Translations under genes and position numbers: made by a program
Part shown: positions 25,873 through 34,454 of the stretch, one piece after another
How the letters are laid out: each line of letters begins with the position of its first letter
Numbering within the stretch: the stretch's first letter is position 1
Virus record (IMG/VR): IMGVR_UViG_3300048924_000100
Coordinates: 150,199-214,198 of that record
Length of the DNA stretch: 64,000 bases
Reading direction: 5' to 3' (one strand)
The notes under the pieces: model-generated
Database searches by the model: none
The model's input: the letters and a program-made list of their open reading frames with translations, nothing else
What the model was told of the DNA's origin: nothing

Positions 25873-28050
25873 ATGAATAGTGTCGATCTGGATAAGTATC
25901 ACACGGACACTTTCAGCCTAGTTCGAACCATGGTTATCAAAATCGAGGCCTTGGCCGAACGAGATAACCTGGTGTTAACTAACGCTGGGCATTCCGTTTC
26001 TTCCGACAAAACGACATGGCGTTATTACATGAACCTCAATGGGGATTACCACCCCACTGATGAAGTAATGTGGATCAACTCCATTGATACTGGCGAACAG
26101 ATTGTTTTCAACAAAGACAATCTGAAGTTGCACCTCGCGACGAATCGAGAGTACAGCAAAGGCGGGTATTGGTTTAACCGTCTTGCCGACGTATACCCAG
26201 GGCAGACTGCCTTGATTAACGGCATACTTGCACCGATCCCGTACTCCGAAACCATCGAGGCCAAAGACTATAAGATTCTGCGCTACAATAAGAATCTAGT
26301 GCTGTGGAACGAAGATCAGCTGATCCCTAAATTGCAACAGTTTGTCAACAGTGATGTGCAGCAATCGATCAAAAACGATTACGTCACAACAGACGACCTG
26401 TTCCTAACCTGGATGATCGAAAAGCTGTACGCCATGCTCATCGGGGCCATCCATGCGATCCGCCTGGAAGACTGCTACACCCGTCATACCCATGAGTTCT
26501 TTATCTGGAGCCACATTGACTCCTTTGGCGAATTCTCGCAGTACAAGGCCAGTCTGAACCGCGCTCAAACAATGTGGTTGTTTCGTAATATTGCATGGGT
26601 GCGTAACAATCCAGGCCAGCAACACACGTTTGACAAGCTGATGAAGAACCTGCTGACCACAGCCAGGATTCCATTGGCGCGGTTTGATGTGGTGAGTTCC
26701 ACTGAGAACCAGCTGGAAGATCTGACGCCCACTCCGCTGTATCGTCGTATGCAAATGAACCTGGTAGAGACCTATGGTCGCACTGCTACGTTTATTGACA
26801 CTTTAGCCATGATCAACAAGCAACAGGTTATGGCCAAGGATAACTACGACCAGACGGCGTTCTATCTGGATGATGCCCTGGTCAAGGGTAAGTACAGTTT
26901 GCACTCTGAGCTGCCCACCAAGGCGCTTGAATCGTCCATGATGGACTACACCAACCGACACATCGATACATTGATGAAGGTGGTGTACAACGAGTGGATC
27001 TATCTGGCGGGTAACAAGGTCTTCAACGGCAAGGTAATCACGGTAGACCCCAAGAGCGGTAAGCAGTACAGACTGCCTGTTGGCGATGCGTTCTACATCT
27101 GGAAATACCTGGTAGAGTTTGCCAAGGGTAAAAACCCCCTGGAGATCGAACCGGCTTATTACCAGAACGTGATGAAGCTCAAGCCACCGACCATTGAGGA
27201 GATCATTGAGATCGGCGGTCCCGATTTCATTCGTCCTTATGTAGCTGCTGATATTCAGAAGCTGTGGATCCCCATCGCACCCTTCCTGGCACCGGATTAC
27301 CTGATCCAGTACGCCACTGAAGTCTACACCGCCATGTGGAAGCACAAGAAGCTTTATAGCAAGTGGTATGACCTCAACCTAAGGGCTCGGGCCAAGAACA
27401 GCTGTAAGCTGATGTACGACTCGGGTATTGTTAGCCTGAGCAACTTCACTGATTACGACTCGCTGCTTAAAAGCTACGAGTTGGACTTCACTGACTACAC
27501 AGCTGAAGAAGCCCGCAACTTCTCCTGGGATATCTTTAAACGGGTAACCGGGTGGGATACCAACGCTAAGCCGTCGACACGGGTTAAACAGAGCGATCTG
27601 ATTGACATCATGTCTGAGTTGTCGTCCTACACGATTCACATCGTGAAGAACATCAATGACGGTACGGATCAAACCGAACTGATCAACGAGACCTTTGTAG
27701 GGGACTCCCGTTGGGTAGGTGTCGGCAACGGTAGTTTTGGCGATTTCAAGAATGTCATGATTACCCAGCATTCCAACATGGATACGATCCATGCCCTGGA
27801 AGCCAACATCCCGATTATCATGAATGACGATCCGGTATTGGTTGCTGACAGCGAGATGAAGATTGATATCATCACGCACGACATCTTTGAATCAGTTAAC
27901 CTGAGCAACAGCCTGGCGACCTATGCGGTTAAACTATATGACAACAGTTACCTGCGCATGCTGCCGGATGGTGCTTTGCCACAACTGGTTATCCCAGCAA
28001 CCTATTACGGGGAGCTCGCGCCTGACGTCGACTCTACGGTCCAGCCATGA
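25873..28050 (+). CDS. Virion structural protein, probable baseplate wedge (phiKZ gp128-like)
   Basis: 725 aa; N-terminal WRYYMNLNGDYH motif recalled for this family; synteny with portal. Confidence 0.6.
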   Translation: MNSVDLDKYHTDTFSLVRTMVIKIEALAERDNLVLTNAGHSVSSDKTTWRYYMNLNGDYHPTDEVMWINSIDTGEQIVFNKDNLKLHLATNREYSKGGYWFNRLADVYPGQTALINGILAPIPYSETIEAKDYKILRYNKNLVLWNEDQLIPKLQQFVNSDVQQSIKNDYVTTDDLFLTWMIEKLYAMLIGAIHAIRLEDCYTRHTHEFFIWSHIDSFGEFSQYKASLNRAQTMWLFRNIAWVRNNPGQQHTFDKLMKNLLTTARIPLARFDVVSSTENQLEDLTPTPLYRRMQMNLVETYGRTATFIDTLAMINKQQVMAKDNYDQTAFYLDDALVKGKYSLHSELPTKALESSMMDYTNRHIDTLMKVVYNEWIYLAGNKVFNGKVITVDPKSGKQYRLPVGDAFYIWKYLVEFAKGKNPLEIEPAYYQNVMKLKPPTIEEIIEIGGPDFIRPYVAADIQKLWIPIAPFLAPDYLIQYATEVYTAMWKHKKLYSKWYDLNLRARAKNSCKLMYDSGIVSLSNFTDYDSLLKSYELDFTDYTAEEARNFSWDIFKRVTGWDTNAKPSTRVKQSDLIDIMSELSSYTIHIVKNINDGTDQTELINETFVGDSRWVGVGNGSFGDFKNVMITQHSNMDTIHALEANIPIIMNDDPVLVADSEMKIDIITHDIFESVNLSNSLATYAVKLYDNSYLRMLPDGALPQLVIPATYYGELAPDVDSTVQP

Positions 28051-28060
28051 GGACAACACC

Positions 28061-28462
28061 TTGAACAGACGAGTCTTGGCGTTGGTCAAACAACGCTACT
28101 GCGAAGACAAAAGGATTAAGGATCGTGATTCAGTTAACTTGTCCTTTACCCAAGTGCAGACTAACGGCGACCCCGTGTTCTATGTTGAAGATGGCAAGGC
28201 TGGCGAGGTGTATGTCTACCCGCGCACGGACCTGAGCGGGTTAACCGCTCACCGTGCGCTGGACATCCCTAAAGAGTACCGGCAACAGTTGGAGAGCAAC
28301 CCCAGTAAAGACTTTATCGCTGACTGGGTGCATCGTTTTACCGGCCACCGGCTCTTGGCCCTTGACATCCGCTATTTAACCCTGGAAAGAAGCGCAGTGG
28401 AGGTTACCTTAGCCCCAGATTCTATGCGCTTTAAAAACAGTTTCCGTATTACCCGACTATAG
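28061..28462 (+). CDS. Hypothetical virion-associated protein
   Basis: 133 aa from TTG 28061 with GAGGA RBS (ORF track extends it into the upstream gene). Confidence 0.55.
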   Translation: MNRRVLALVKQRYCEDKRIKDRDSVNLSFTQVQTNGDPVFYVEDGKAGEVYVYPRTDLSGLTAHRALDIPKEYRQQLESNPSKDFIADWVHRFTGHRLLALDIRYLTLERSAVEVTLAPDSMRFKNSFRITRL

Positions 28463-28474
28463 GGATTTTTGATT

Positions 28475-29404
28475 ATGGCTCTTTCTGCAACCGAACTTCA
28501 AGACCAGAACCGTTCTGAGGTTCCTACTCAGTCGGTGACCAACACAGCCTGGGGCGGGCTGATTGCAAAGTGCTCCAATACCAAACAGAACTTCGTCCTG
28601 CCACAGTACACCACCCTCAACGAGTTCCACGACATCCTGGCTACGGAATCCATCGGCCTGAAGAACGGTAACGACTTCAGCCTGAAGTACTTCGGTGTGG
28701 GTATTCGTGGTGCTGACGCTATCGGCAAGACCCCGCTGGGCACCACCCTGTTGAAGGTCAACCAGCACCAGCCGAAAGACGGCAACCTGTTCGTGCCGAT
28801 CCCTTTCGCCTGCCGTCCAGTAGACAGCGACTTCGACAACATCAACCGTGCGAAGTATCGCATGCGTACTGTTGAAGACGTCAATGGCGTGGCTTACGCG
28901 TTCTACTGGTTGAAGCTGATCAGCTTTGCCAATTACAACCCACAGGTTGTGGTCATTACCCGTGACGACAACAACAACGAAGACCCAGTGCCGTATATCC
29001 CGGTTAAGGATGACTTGTTCAATCCTCAGCCTGTGGACTTCACCAGCACCGGCTCTGTGCCGATCAGCAACCAGTACATGAACAACTCGGCTATCCTGGA
29101 CTGCTCGTTGGATCAAACCGACCTGCGTGAAATGGAAAATGCCTGCCGCATCAAGTTTGGCGACGCCAGCCTGGCTGCTCCAAACGAAGTGGGTATTGCC
29201 TACGGCGTGGATACCAAGACTGATGGTTCTATCGGTCAAGGCGCCACCATCCGTTACGACGAAGTGCTGAGCGCTGTGTATGCTCACTACGTCACCGAGC
29301 GCGATGCCCGTGCTGCACTGAACAACGTGCGCATCCAATACGCCTTCGACCACGGTGCCAGCGAACCAATGCTGCTCCACACCCAGTCGACCACCACGGC
29401 TTAA
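28475..29404 (+). CDS. Virion structural protein
   Basis: 309 aa from ATG 28475; biased codon usage; structural operon. Confidence 0.6.
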   Translation: MALSATELQDQNRSEVPTQSVTNTAWGGLIAKCSNTKQNFVLPQYTTLNEFHDILATESIGLKNGNDFSLKYFGVGIRGADAIGKTPLGTTLLKVNQHQPKDGNLFVPIPFACRPVDSDFDNINRAKYRMRTVEDVNGVAYAFYWLKLISFANYNPQVVVITRDDNNNEDPVPYIPVKDDLFNPQPVDFTSTGSVPISNQYMNNSAILDCSLDQTDLREMENACRIKFGDASLAAPNEVGIAYGVDTKTDGSIGQGATIRYDEVLSAVYAHYVTERDARAALNNVRIQYAFDHGASEPMLLHTQSTTTA

Positions 29405-29413
29405 GGAGGCTCC

Positions 29414-30037
29414 ATGGAGTTTCCCGAAATCCTTAAAGGTGCTCACGTTCCACTGACATCCAGCATGACCAGTGACGACGCAATTAAACTGGCGAACGGA
29501 TTCTATCAGACCGACGTAGACCCTGATCAGTTCAAGAAGTCGCAAGCCTTCTGGAATCCTGACAGTGAACTGCAAATTGATTTGATCGATCCTTACACCG
29601 GTGAAGTGTTTACTAGCTTCGTCAACAAGGCCTCCAAGGTTAATACCGCAGCTGTAGCTGCGCCAGAGTTAATGCTGGCCAACCCTCTGTTGTTAAGCAC
29701 TGCTGAATCCGTCGCTCTGATGGGTCCTGTTATTGTGCTGGGGTCTGCGGTAGAGATCGAGTTCCTGGATGCGGTAGGTTCGGGTGCTACCTACCCTACT
29801 ACCGGTACCGACAACAATGCAGCCTTCGACCTGAAGAACCTGCTCAACGCGTATCAGTTCCTCGGTGGCTGGGTTTCCGGCACACTTGGTGACTATGCGG
29901 TGGGTGGCTTCCGACTGGTCTATAAAGGACCGAGTGACTCTTTGCCTGAAGGGTTCCCAATGGATCCGTCGCCTATGGTGGCTGTCATTGAGATCCTCCA
30001 CGGTCAACAGAAAGGATACATATGCCTGAGGACGTAA
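29414..30037 (+). CDS. Hypothetical (probable virion) protein
   Basis: 207 aa, AAGGAGG RBS. Confidence 0.65.
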   Translation: MEFPEILKGAHVPLTSSMTSDDAIKLANGFYQTDVDPDQFKKSQAFWNPDSELQIDLIDPYTGEVFTSFVNKASKVNTAAVAAPELMLANPLLLSTAESVALMGPVIVLGSAVEIEFLDAVGSGATYPTTGTDNNAAFDLKNLLNAYQFLGGWVSGTLGDYAVGGFRLVYKGPSDSLPEGFPMDPSPMVAVIEILHGQQKGYICLRT

Positions 30038-30609
30038 AGTCCCCCAATGCGGTACGGGTCCAAGGAAACGACCCGTCCACAACGAATATGGGGGCGTTTA
30101 TCGTAGATGTCAATATCGCCGAGCCTGCCCCTTTTAAACTGGTGTATGCGAACACGATCTATGGTGACAAAGTCATCTACGATATTCCCACGCAATACGA
30201 CGACACGTCTGGTACGAGTGTCTTGGCCCGCAGCTATGGATTGGCACGTGCTAACAATACCCTGATCGACATCTTCCAACCAGACACGGGTATCTGTGAA
30301 GATAACTTCCTGGGGATGTCGGCATTGACCTTCAAGCAGTTGATTCAGTTTGTAGGTCTGTTAACCGGCGGCTATATTGAACGCGGTATCCATGTCAGCA
30401 TGGTACTTCCCAATCTGGCCAAAGGTGCTGTGGGTGCTAACTTCAAGGGCACTCAAAAGGAAGACGTGCGCAAAGGGTTGTTGGAATTCCCTTTGCTGGA
30501 CTGGAATGGCATTGACCTCACGTTAGCGGATGAGCACACCATCGATGCTGGTGCTGTTACCATCTACCGTGCGATCCAGATTGCCAAGAACTTTGGGGTA
30601 TGGAAATGA
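30022..30609 (+). CDS. ruvC: RuvC-like Holliday junction resolvase
   Basis: 195 aa. RuvC motifs: VRVQGNDPSTTNMG, ICEDNF, PNLAKGAVG..GTQKEDV, DEHTIDAGAV. Confidence 0.75.
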   Translation: MPEDVKSPNAVRVQGNDPSTTNMGAFIVDVNIAEPAPFKLVYANTIYGDKVIYDIPTQYDDTSGTSVLARSYGLARANNTLIDIFQPDTGICEDNFLGMSALTFKQLIQFVGLLTGGYIERGIHVSMVLPNLAKGAVGANFKGTQKEDVRKGLLEFPLLDWNGIDLTLADEHTIDAGAVTIYRAIQIAKNFGVWK

Positions 30610-31334
30610 CCACCAGCGATACTGCTGTACCAGAGGAAGGTGCACAGGTGGAGCCCGCACCTTCCTTTGAGGAAAGAATAGAGCAGCGACTCACCAACAT
30701 GGACCAGCGAGTTACCCAGCTGGTTTGTGAACTTATCAGCCGTGTTGACGCTACCAGTGGTCGTAATCGTGCTTCTGTGACCAAGACGGTAACTGAAGAG
30801 ACGCAGCCAGGGCCTCTGGAAGAGTACACAGGGTCTCAGGATGAGTCAGGTGCAATGACATCAGTCCTGGACAACCAAGACCCCTCTGCGATCCTTGCAG
30901 ACGCTCAGTCGTCCACTGTGGTAAAGAAGGTTACTCGTACAGTCACTCCTGTAGGGATTGAACGTGAAGTCTTTGGTATGTGGTCGGTTATGCTGCGCAA
31001 CGCTGGCGGTATTCTCGCTGCAACCACCACCTGCATCATTGCTATTGTAAACGCCTACACCACTTACATGTCGGTAACCAGCGGACACGGATGGCCTTCC
31101 GAGACCACTATGTTCATTGCCAACATCGGCCCTATTGTGGTGGCGTGGACGTTTATGAACTCCAGTAAGACTATCTCTACCATCATGCAAGTGCGTGGTG
31201 TACAAGACCGTCTGAAGAACGCCATGTCAGGGTTCCTCTCGAACCAGGATAACAACCGCCGGTCTACTGATGTTGACAGACCGGATACACCGCCTCCTGC
31301 TCCACCGCCTGGACCTGTACCACCGCAATACTGA
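30606..31334 (+). CDS. Candidate holin / two-TM membrane protein
   Basis: About 242 aa, ATGA overlap with ruvC; two hydrophobic segments; Pro-rich C-tail; adjacent to spanin-like genes. Confidence 0.45.
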   Translation: MTTSDTAVPEEGAQVEPAPSFEERIEQRLTNMDQRVTQLVCELISRVDATSGRNRASVTKTVTEETQPGPLEEYTGSQDESGAMTSVLDNQDPSAILADAQSSTVVKKVTRTVTPVGIEREVFGMWSVMLRNAGGILAATTTCIIAIVNAYTTYMSVTSGHGWPSETTMFIANIGPIVVAWTFMNSSKTISTIMQVRGVQDRLKNAMSGFLSNQDNNRRSTDVDRPDTPPPAPPPGPVPPQY

Positions 31335-31349
31335 TAAAGCAACCATATA

Positions 31350-31383
31350 CCTAACCAGGAGCCCGCAAAGGCTCCTGGTTAGG
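31350..31383. terminator. Bidirectional terminator
   Basis: 14-bp stem cctaaccaggagcc/ggctcctggttagg between convergent genes. Confidence 0.75.
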
Positions 31384-31384
31384 C

Positions 31385-31440
31385 TATTACGCATTACATC
31401 CCATTACTACCCATTACTTCCGTTGTTACTGCGTTACTGC
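31385..31440. repeat. Degenerate short tandem repeat of (C/G/T)ATTAC / GTTAC units
   Basis: tattac, cattac x3, gttac x2 at roughly 7-13 nt spacing. Confidence 0.4.
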
Positions 31441-32024
31441 GGTGGTCTATCCGGGGGAGGCCCCTGAACAGGAGGTGGCGGGGACGGCATAATCGCTTTC
31501 TGAATAGCAACCTTTACCCCATCGGGTTTTAGGGAGTCACTCTTTTTCTCCAGTCCGGAGATAATAAAGTTGATATTAGAAACCAACTGTGCGATCGTTT
31601 GTTTGGCAGCCCAGTCATCCAGGTTTTGTTGATCCAACTTCTGTGTAGTAAGAATGAGTTGGGTCACTGTCATCTGGTAACAATACTTCTTGTCAGTTGC
31701 CTTCAGACAGTTATTGTCGTCCAGAAACGCTGCCAGGGGTACCGTCAGGCTAGTGGGTGGGTTCGGGGACACCTGTTGGAACCGGGGTAACACTGCCGTT
31801 AAGTCCGTCCTGGTTCTTTCCAGCTGCATTCGGTAACTGTCGATCTCTACTTGTATTGCCTGAGCCTGTAGATACGTCGACGCTTCGTTTACCGTTGTCT
31901 GGTGGGAGCACCCCAACATTAATAATAGTGGAACCAGGAGCAGCACTCTGATAACCAGCTCCAGGGGCGTCCATTTGCGTAGGGTCCAACCCATACCGTT
32001 GAAGCATTTTAACGTAAACATCAT
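31434..32024 (-). CDS. Candidate o-spanin lipoprotein (Rz1-like)
   Basis: Hydrophobic signal with lipobox LMLG-C; Pro-rich C-terminus; start at 32024 (AAGGTG RBS) or 31994; begins inside the upstream gene in another frame. Confidence 0.6.
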   Translation of the reverse strand: MMFTLKCFNGMGWTLRKWTPLELVIRVLLLVPLLLMLGCSHQTTVNEASTYLQAQAIQVEIDSYRMQLERTRTDLTAVLPRFQQVSPNPPTSLTVPLAAFLDDNNCLKATDKKYCYQMTVTQLILTTQKLDQQNLDDWAAKQTIAQLVSNINFIISGLEKKSDSLKPDGVKVAIQKAIMPSPPPPVQGPPPDRPPQ

Positions 32025-32298
32025 CACGTTCACCTTTTTGCAATTCAAGCGTTCGGCTTAGGGTATCCCTGAGCTGAGCCGACTCGTTAGCCTGCCGTTC
32101 AAAATTGTCAGCGGCACTCTTAAGCTGCTTACTGACTTCCTGGAGAGTGGAAAGCGACTTCTCGTCGAGGTTGCTGGAAGTCTGGCGAGGGAAAGCCCAG
32201 CTACCCGCAATAAGGACGACAATGATCAGCATGAATAATGCACTGACGATACTTCGTAGCTTATCCGTGAAGAACATATCTTTGATCTCCGCACCCAT
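31750..32298 (-). CDS. Candidate i-spanin (Rz-like)
   Basis: 182 aa, GAGGA RBS, single N-terminal TM then a coiled coil; 3' half overlaps the lipoprotein ORF. Confidence 0.6.
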   Translation of the reverse strand: MGAEIKDMFFTDKLRSIVSALFMLIIVVLIAGSWAFPRQTSSNLDEKSLSTLQEVSKQLKSAADNFERQANESAQLRDTLSRTLELQKGERDDVYVKMLQRYGLDPTQMDAPGAGYQSAAPGSTIINVGVLPPDNGKRSVDVSTGSGNTSRDRQLPNAAGKNQDGLNGSVTPVPTGVPEPTH

Positions 32299-32303
32299 GT
32301 GGT

Positions 32304-33542
32304 TTAGTCCTCTTGAATCAGACCACGTATATAAAGAAGATACCCTGTGTGTAGAGCACTTGGCTTAAACCGGTTGGTATACCCGTGGAAGACACTACCT
32401 TCATTGTAGGGACCGGTCGTTTCGTTGAGGTACTTCCGTTGTGTTCCGATGTCTATGTCGAGCAACCTCCTGTTGATGATCTTGCGAGTCCAGTACTTAG
32501 GGAAGAGCCCACCGCCGGTAAGGAAAGGAAGCGGACGGGTTTCTTCTGTGTGGTACGTGAATGGATACTGGTAGACTACCAGCGGTTTAATCTCTGTATA
32601 GAGATGTGGGTTGTCCAACACAATCAAGAAGCTTGAAGGGTCGGTCAGAAGTTTCGTGAAGAAGTCATCAGTGCTGAAGAAGTCGTCTGGAACCACTTGA
32701 CGTTCTTGGGCGATAATAGACGACAGGTCGATGTAGTCCTTGGAATCGAAGATCCGAGAGAACCAGTCCACCATCTCCGTATTAACAACCAAGGAGTCCT
32801 CACCACGAGCTTGCAGGATGTCGTTTAAGTACAGACGACCCCCAATGGAAGCCCACACCGTCTTACCTACCAGAGACACCGGAGAGGTGATGTGCAGGAA
32901 ACGGAAACGGTCGTGTGTTTCCAGTTGCAGCATGTCAGCGGTAATCGGGTAGCACTTCAACTTGGAGACGGTGTTGAAGTTCAGGTTGTTGACGTGGATG
33001 TTGTCATTGACCCGGAAGTGTTTACCGGCACCTAACAAGTACACACACTCAGTGCCTTCAACAGCACGCACCAGATGGTTGTTCACCACCCACAGCGAGC
33101 TATCCACCAGCTTGTCGTATTCAACCGCCGAACCATCGGTCTTGGTAACCCGAATGTCGTTGGCGTTATGAACAGTCAATAGATCCTGGTGGTCATCACC
33201 GCGGGTAACATCACCGGGCTTCAGGGAGAACCATTGGTACTGGATGTCATGCGACGTCACATAACGGTATTCACCGCCAGGCAGTGTGTTCGAGGTGATC
33301 AGTGGGACACTAGCGTTAGCGGTCAACCAATCCTGAATCACCCCAGTAAAAGAAGTGAGCTGATTCTGATAGTAAGAAGCATCCAGTGCCACGTCCTGAA
33401 AGGCCAACTCATCAGTAATCACAATGATCAGATTATCAAACTTAGTGAAGAGGTCCTTAGTTTGAATAGTGCTGATGTCTAAAAGTTCTTCTCCTCTGGG
33501 ATTCAGTCGGCTGATCCCGACCGCCCTTTTATACGTATACAT
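32304..33542 (-). CDS. Virion structural protein
   Basis: 412 aa; structural-region context next to the tail-fibre block. Confidence 0.6.
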   Translation of the reverse strand: MYTYKRAVGISRLNPRGEELLDISTIQTKDLFTKFDNLIIVITDELAFQDVALDASYYQNQLTSFTGVIQDWLTANASVPLITSNTLPGGEYRYVTSHDIQYQWFSLKPGDVTRGDDHQDLLTVHNANDIRVTKTDGSAVEYDKLVDSSLWVVNNHLVRAVEGTECVYLLGAGKHFRVNDNIHVNNLNFNTVSKLKCYPITADMLQLETHDRFRFLHITSPVSLVGKTVWASIGGRLYLNDILQARGEDSLVVNTEMVDWFSRIFDSKDYIDLSSIIAQERQVVPDDFFSTDDFFTKLLTDPSSFLIVLDNPHLYTEIKPLVVYQYPFTYHTEETRPLPFLTGGGLFPKYWTRKIINRRLLDIDIGTQRKYLNETTGPYNEGSVFHGYTNRFKPSALHTGYLLYIRGLIQED

Positions 33543-33661
33543 TGGGCTAGACTCCTTGCGATTCTATGAAAAAACTAGCCTCTACAGGCTACTGTAGAGG
33601 CCGGTATCACTATGTGGGGCAGGTCATAAGATGCCCTTTTATTGCACCTTGGAGCTCTGAA

Positions 33662-34444
33662 ATGGCCAACATTGTTTACCAATGGAACCCCTTCCAACAA
33701 AACATCAACAACCGCATTACGGATGAGACCATCAAGACCGCCGACTTCGCGACCGGTCGGGTGGAGTTCGTTCCCCGTGCAGCTCCTTTCTTCAGCCGTA
33801 ACTTCGAACTCTACCGTCAGGGCAGTGTTGATCCTCTGATCCTGGGCTACGACTACTGCTTCGCCCACGCCTTCGACAGGTTCATTGGCGGCTACCTTAC
33901 AGTGGACGGCGCTGCGGTACCGGGCTACAACCGTAACGCCTTCGGTTCTATCATCATGCTGCGTCCTATGGCCGGTGATGTGCTGCTTCCGAAGTATGAC
34001 ACCATTGGCGGTCCTTTCACGCTGGATGAAGTGGCGTTCGCTGAGCTGGTAGCCAACATCGTTAACTCCCCTCGTGTGTCTGACTGGGCGGATCTCGATC
34101 CAGCTACTATCCCTGTGGACTTCCCGGCTGATCCTCATGATCACCCTGCTGGCCAGACCTACGACTACTACGAGATGATGACTCAGTTGAAGAGTCTTAT
34201 CCTGTCGGTTACTGACAACAGCCAAAGCGTTACGCTGAAGTCGCTGTTGGAAGAACACATCTCGTTGCCACTGATCGAAGCTCACTTGGCACAGAAGTCT
34301 GACATCGGTCTTCCGTTGACCCCGAACATGGCCCCTGCTGAGAAAGATGACCTTTCCGGCAACAGTGCCAACCTCATCGTTACTGTGGATGTCTTGAAAG
34401 AAGCGTTCCGTCAGCTGGCTCAAGGCACCCTGAACCTCAACTAA
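33662..34444 (+). CDS. Short tail-fibre/baseplate-attachment paralog
   Basis: 260 aa from ATG 33662 (GGAG RBS); shares the N-terminal VPRAAPFF..L.LG.DY module with the next two fibres. Confidence 0.6.
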   Translation: MANIVYQWNPFQQNINNRITDETIKTADFATGRVEFVPRAAPFFSRNFELYRQGSVDPLILGYDYCFAHAFDRFIGGYLTVDGAAVPGYNRNAFGSIIMLRPMAGDVLLPKYDTIGGPFTLDEVAFAELVANIVNSPRVSDWADLDPATIPVDFPADPHDHPAGQTYDYYEMMTQLKSLILSVTDNSQSVTLKSLLEEHISLPLIEAHLAQKSDIGLPLTPNMAPAEKDDLSGNSANLIVTVDVLKEAFRQLAQGTLNLN

Positions 34445-34454
34445 GGAACTGGAT

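Noticed and set aside
25852-25902. ORF-track N-terminal extensions (e.g. portal from 25902, and starts at 1419, 20591, 22018, 27923, 33566, 48218, 55988)
   Set aside because: They overlap neighbours, promoters or terminators and lack an RBS; downstream starts have better initiation signals.
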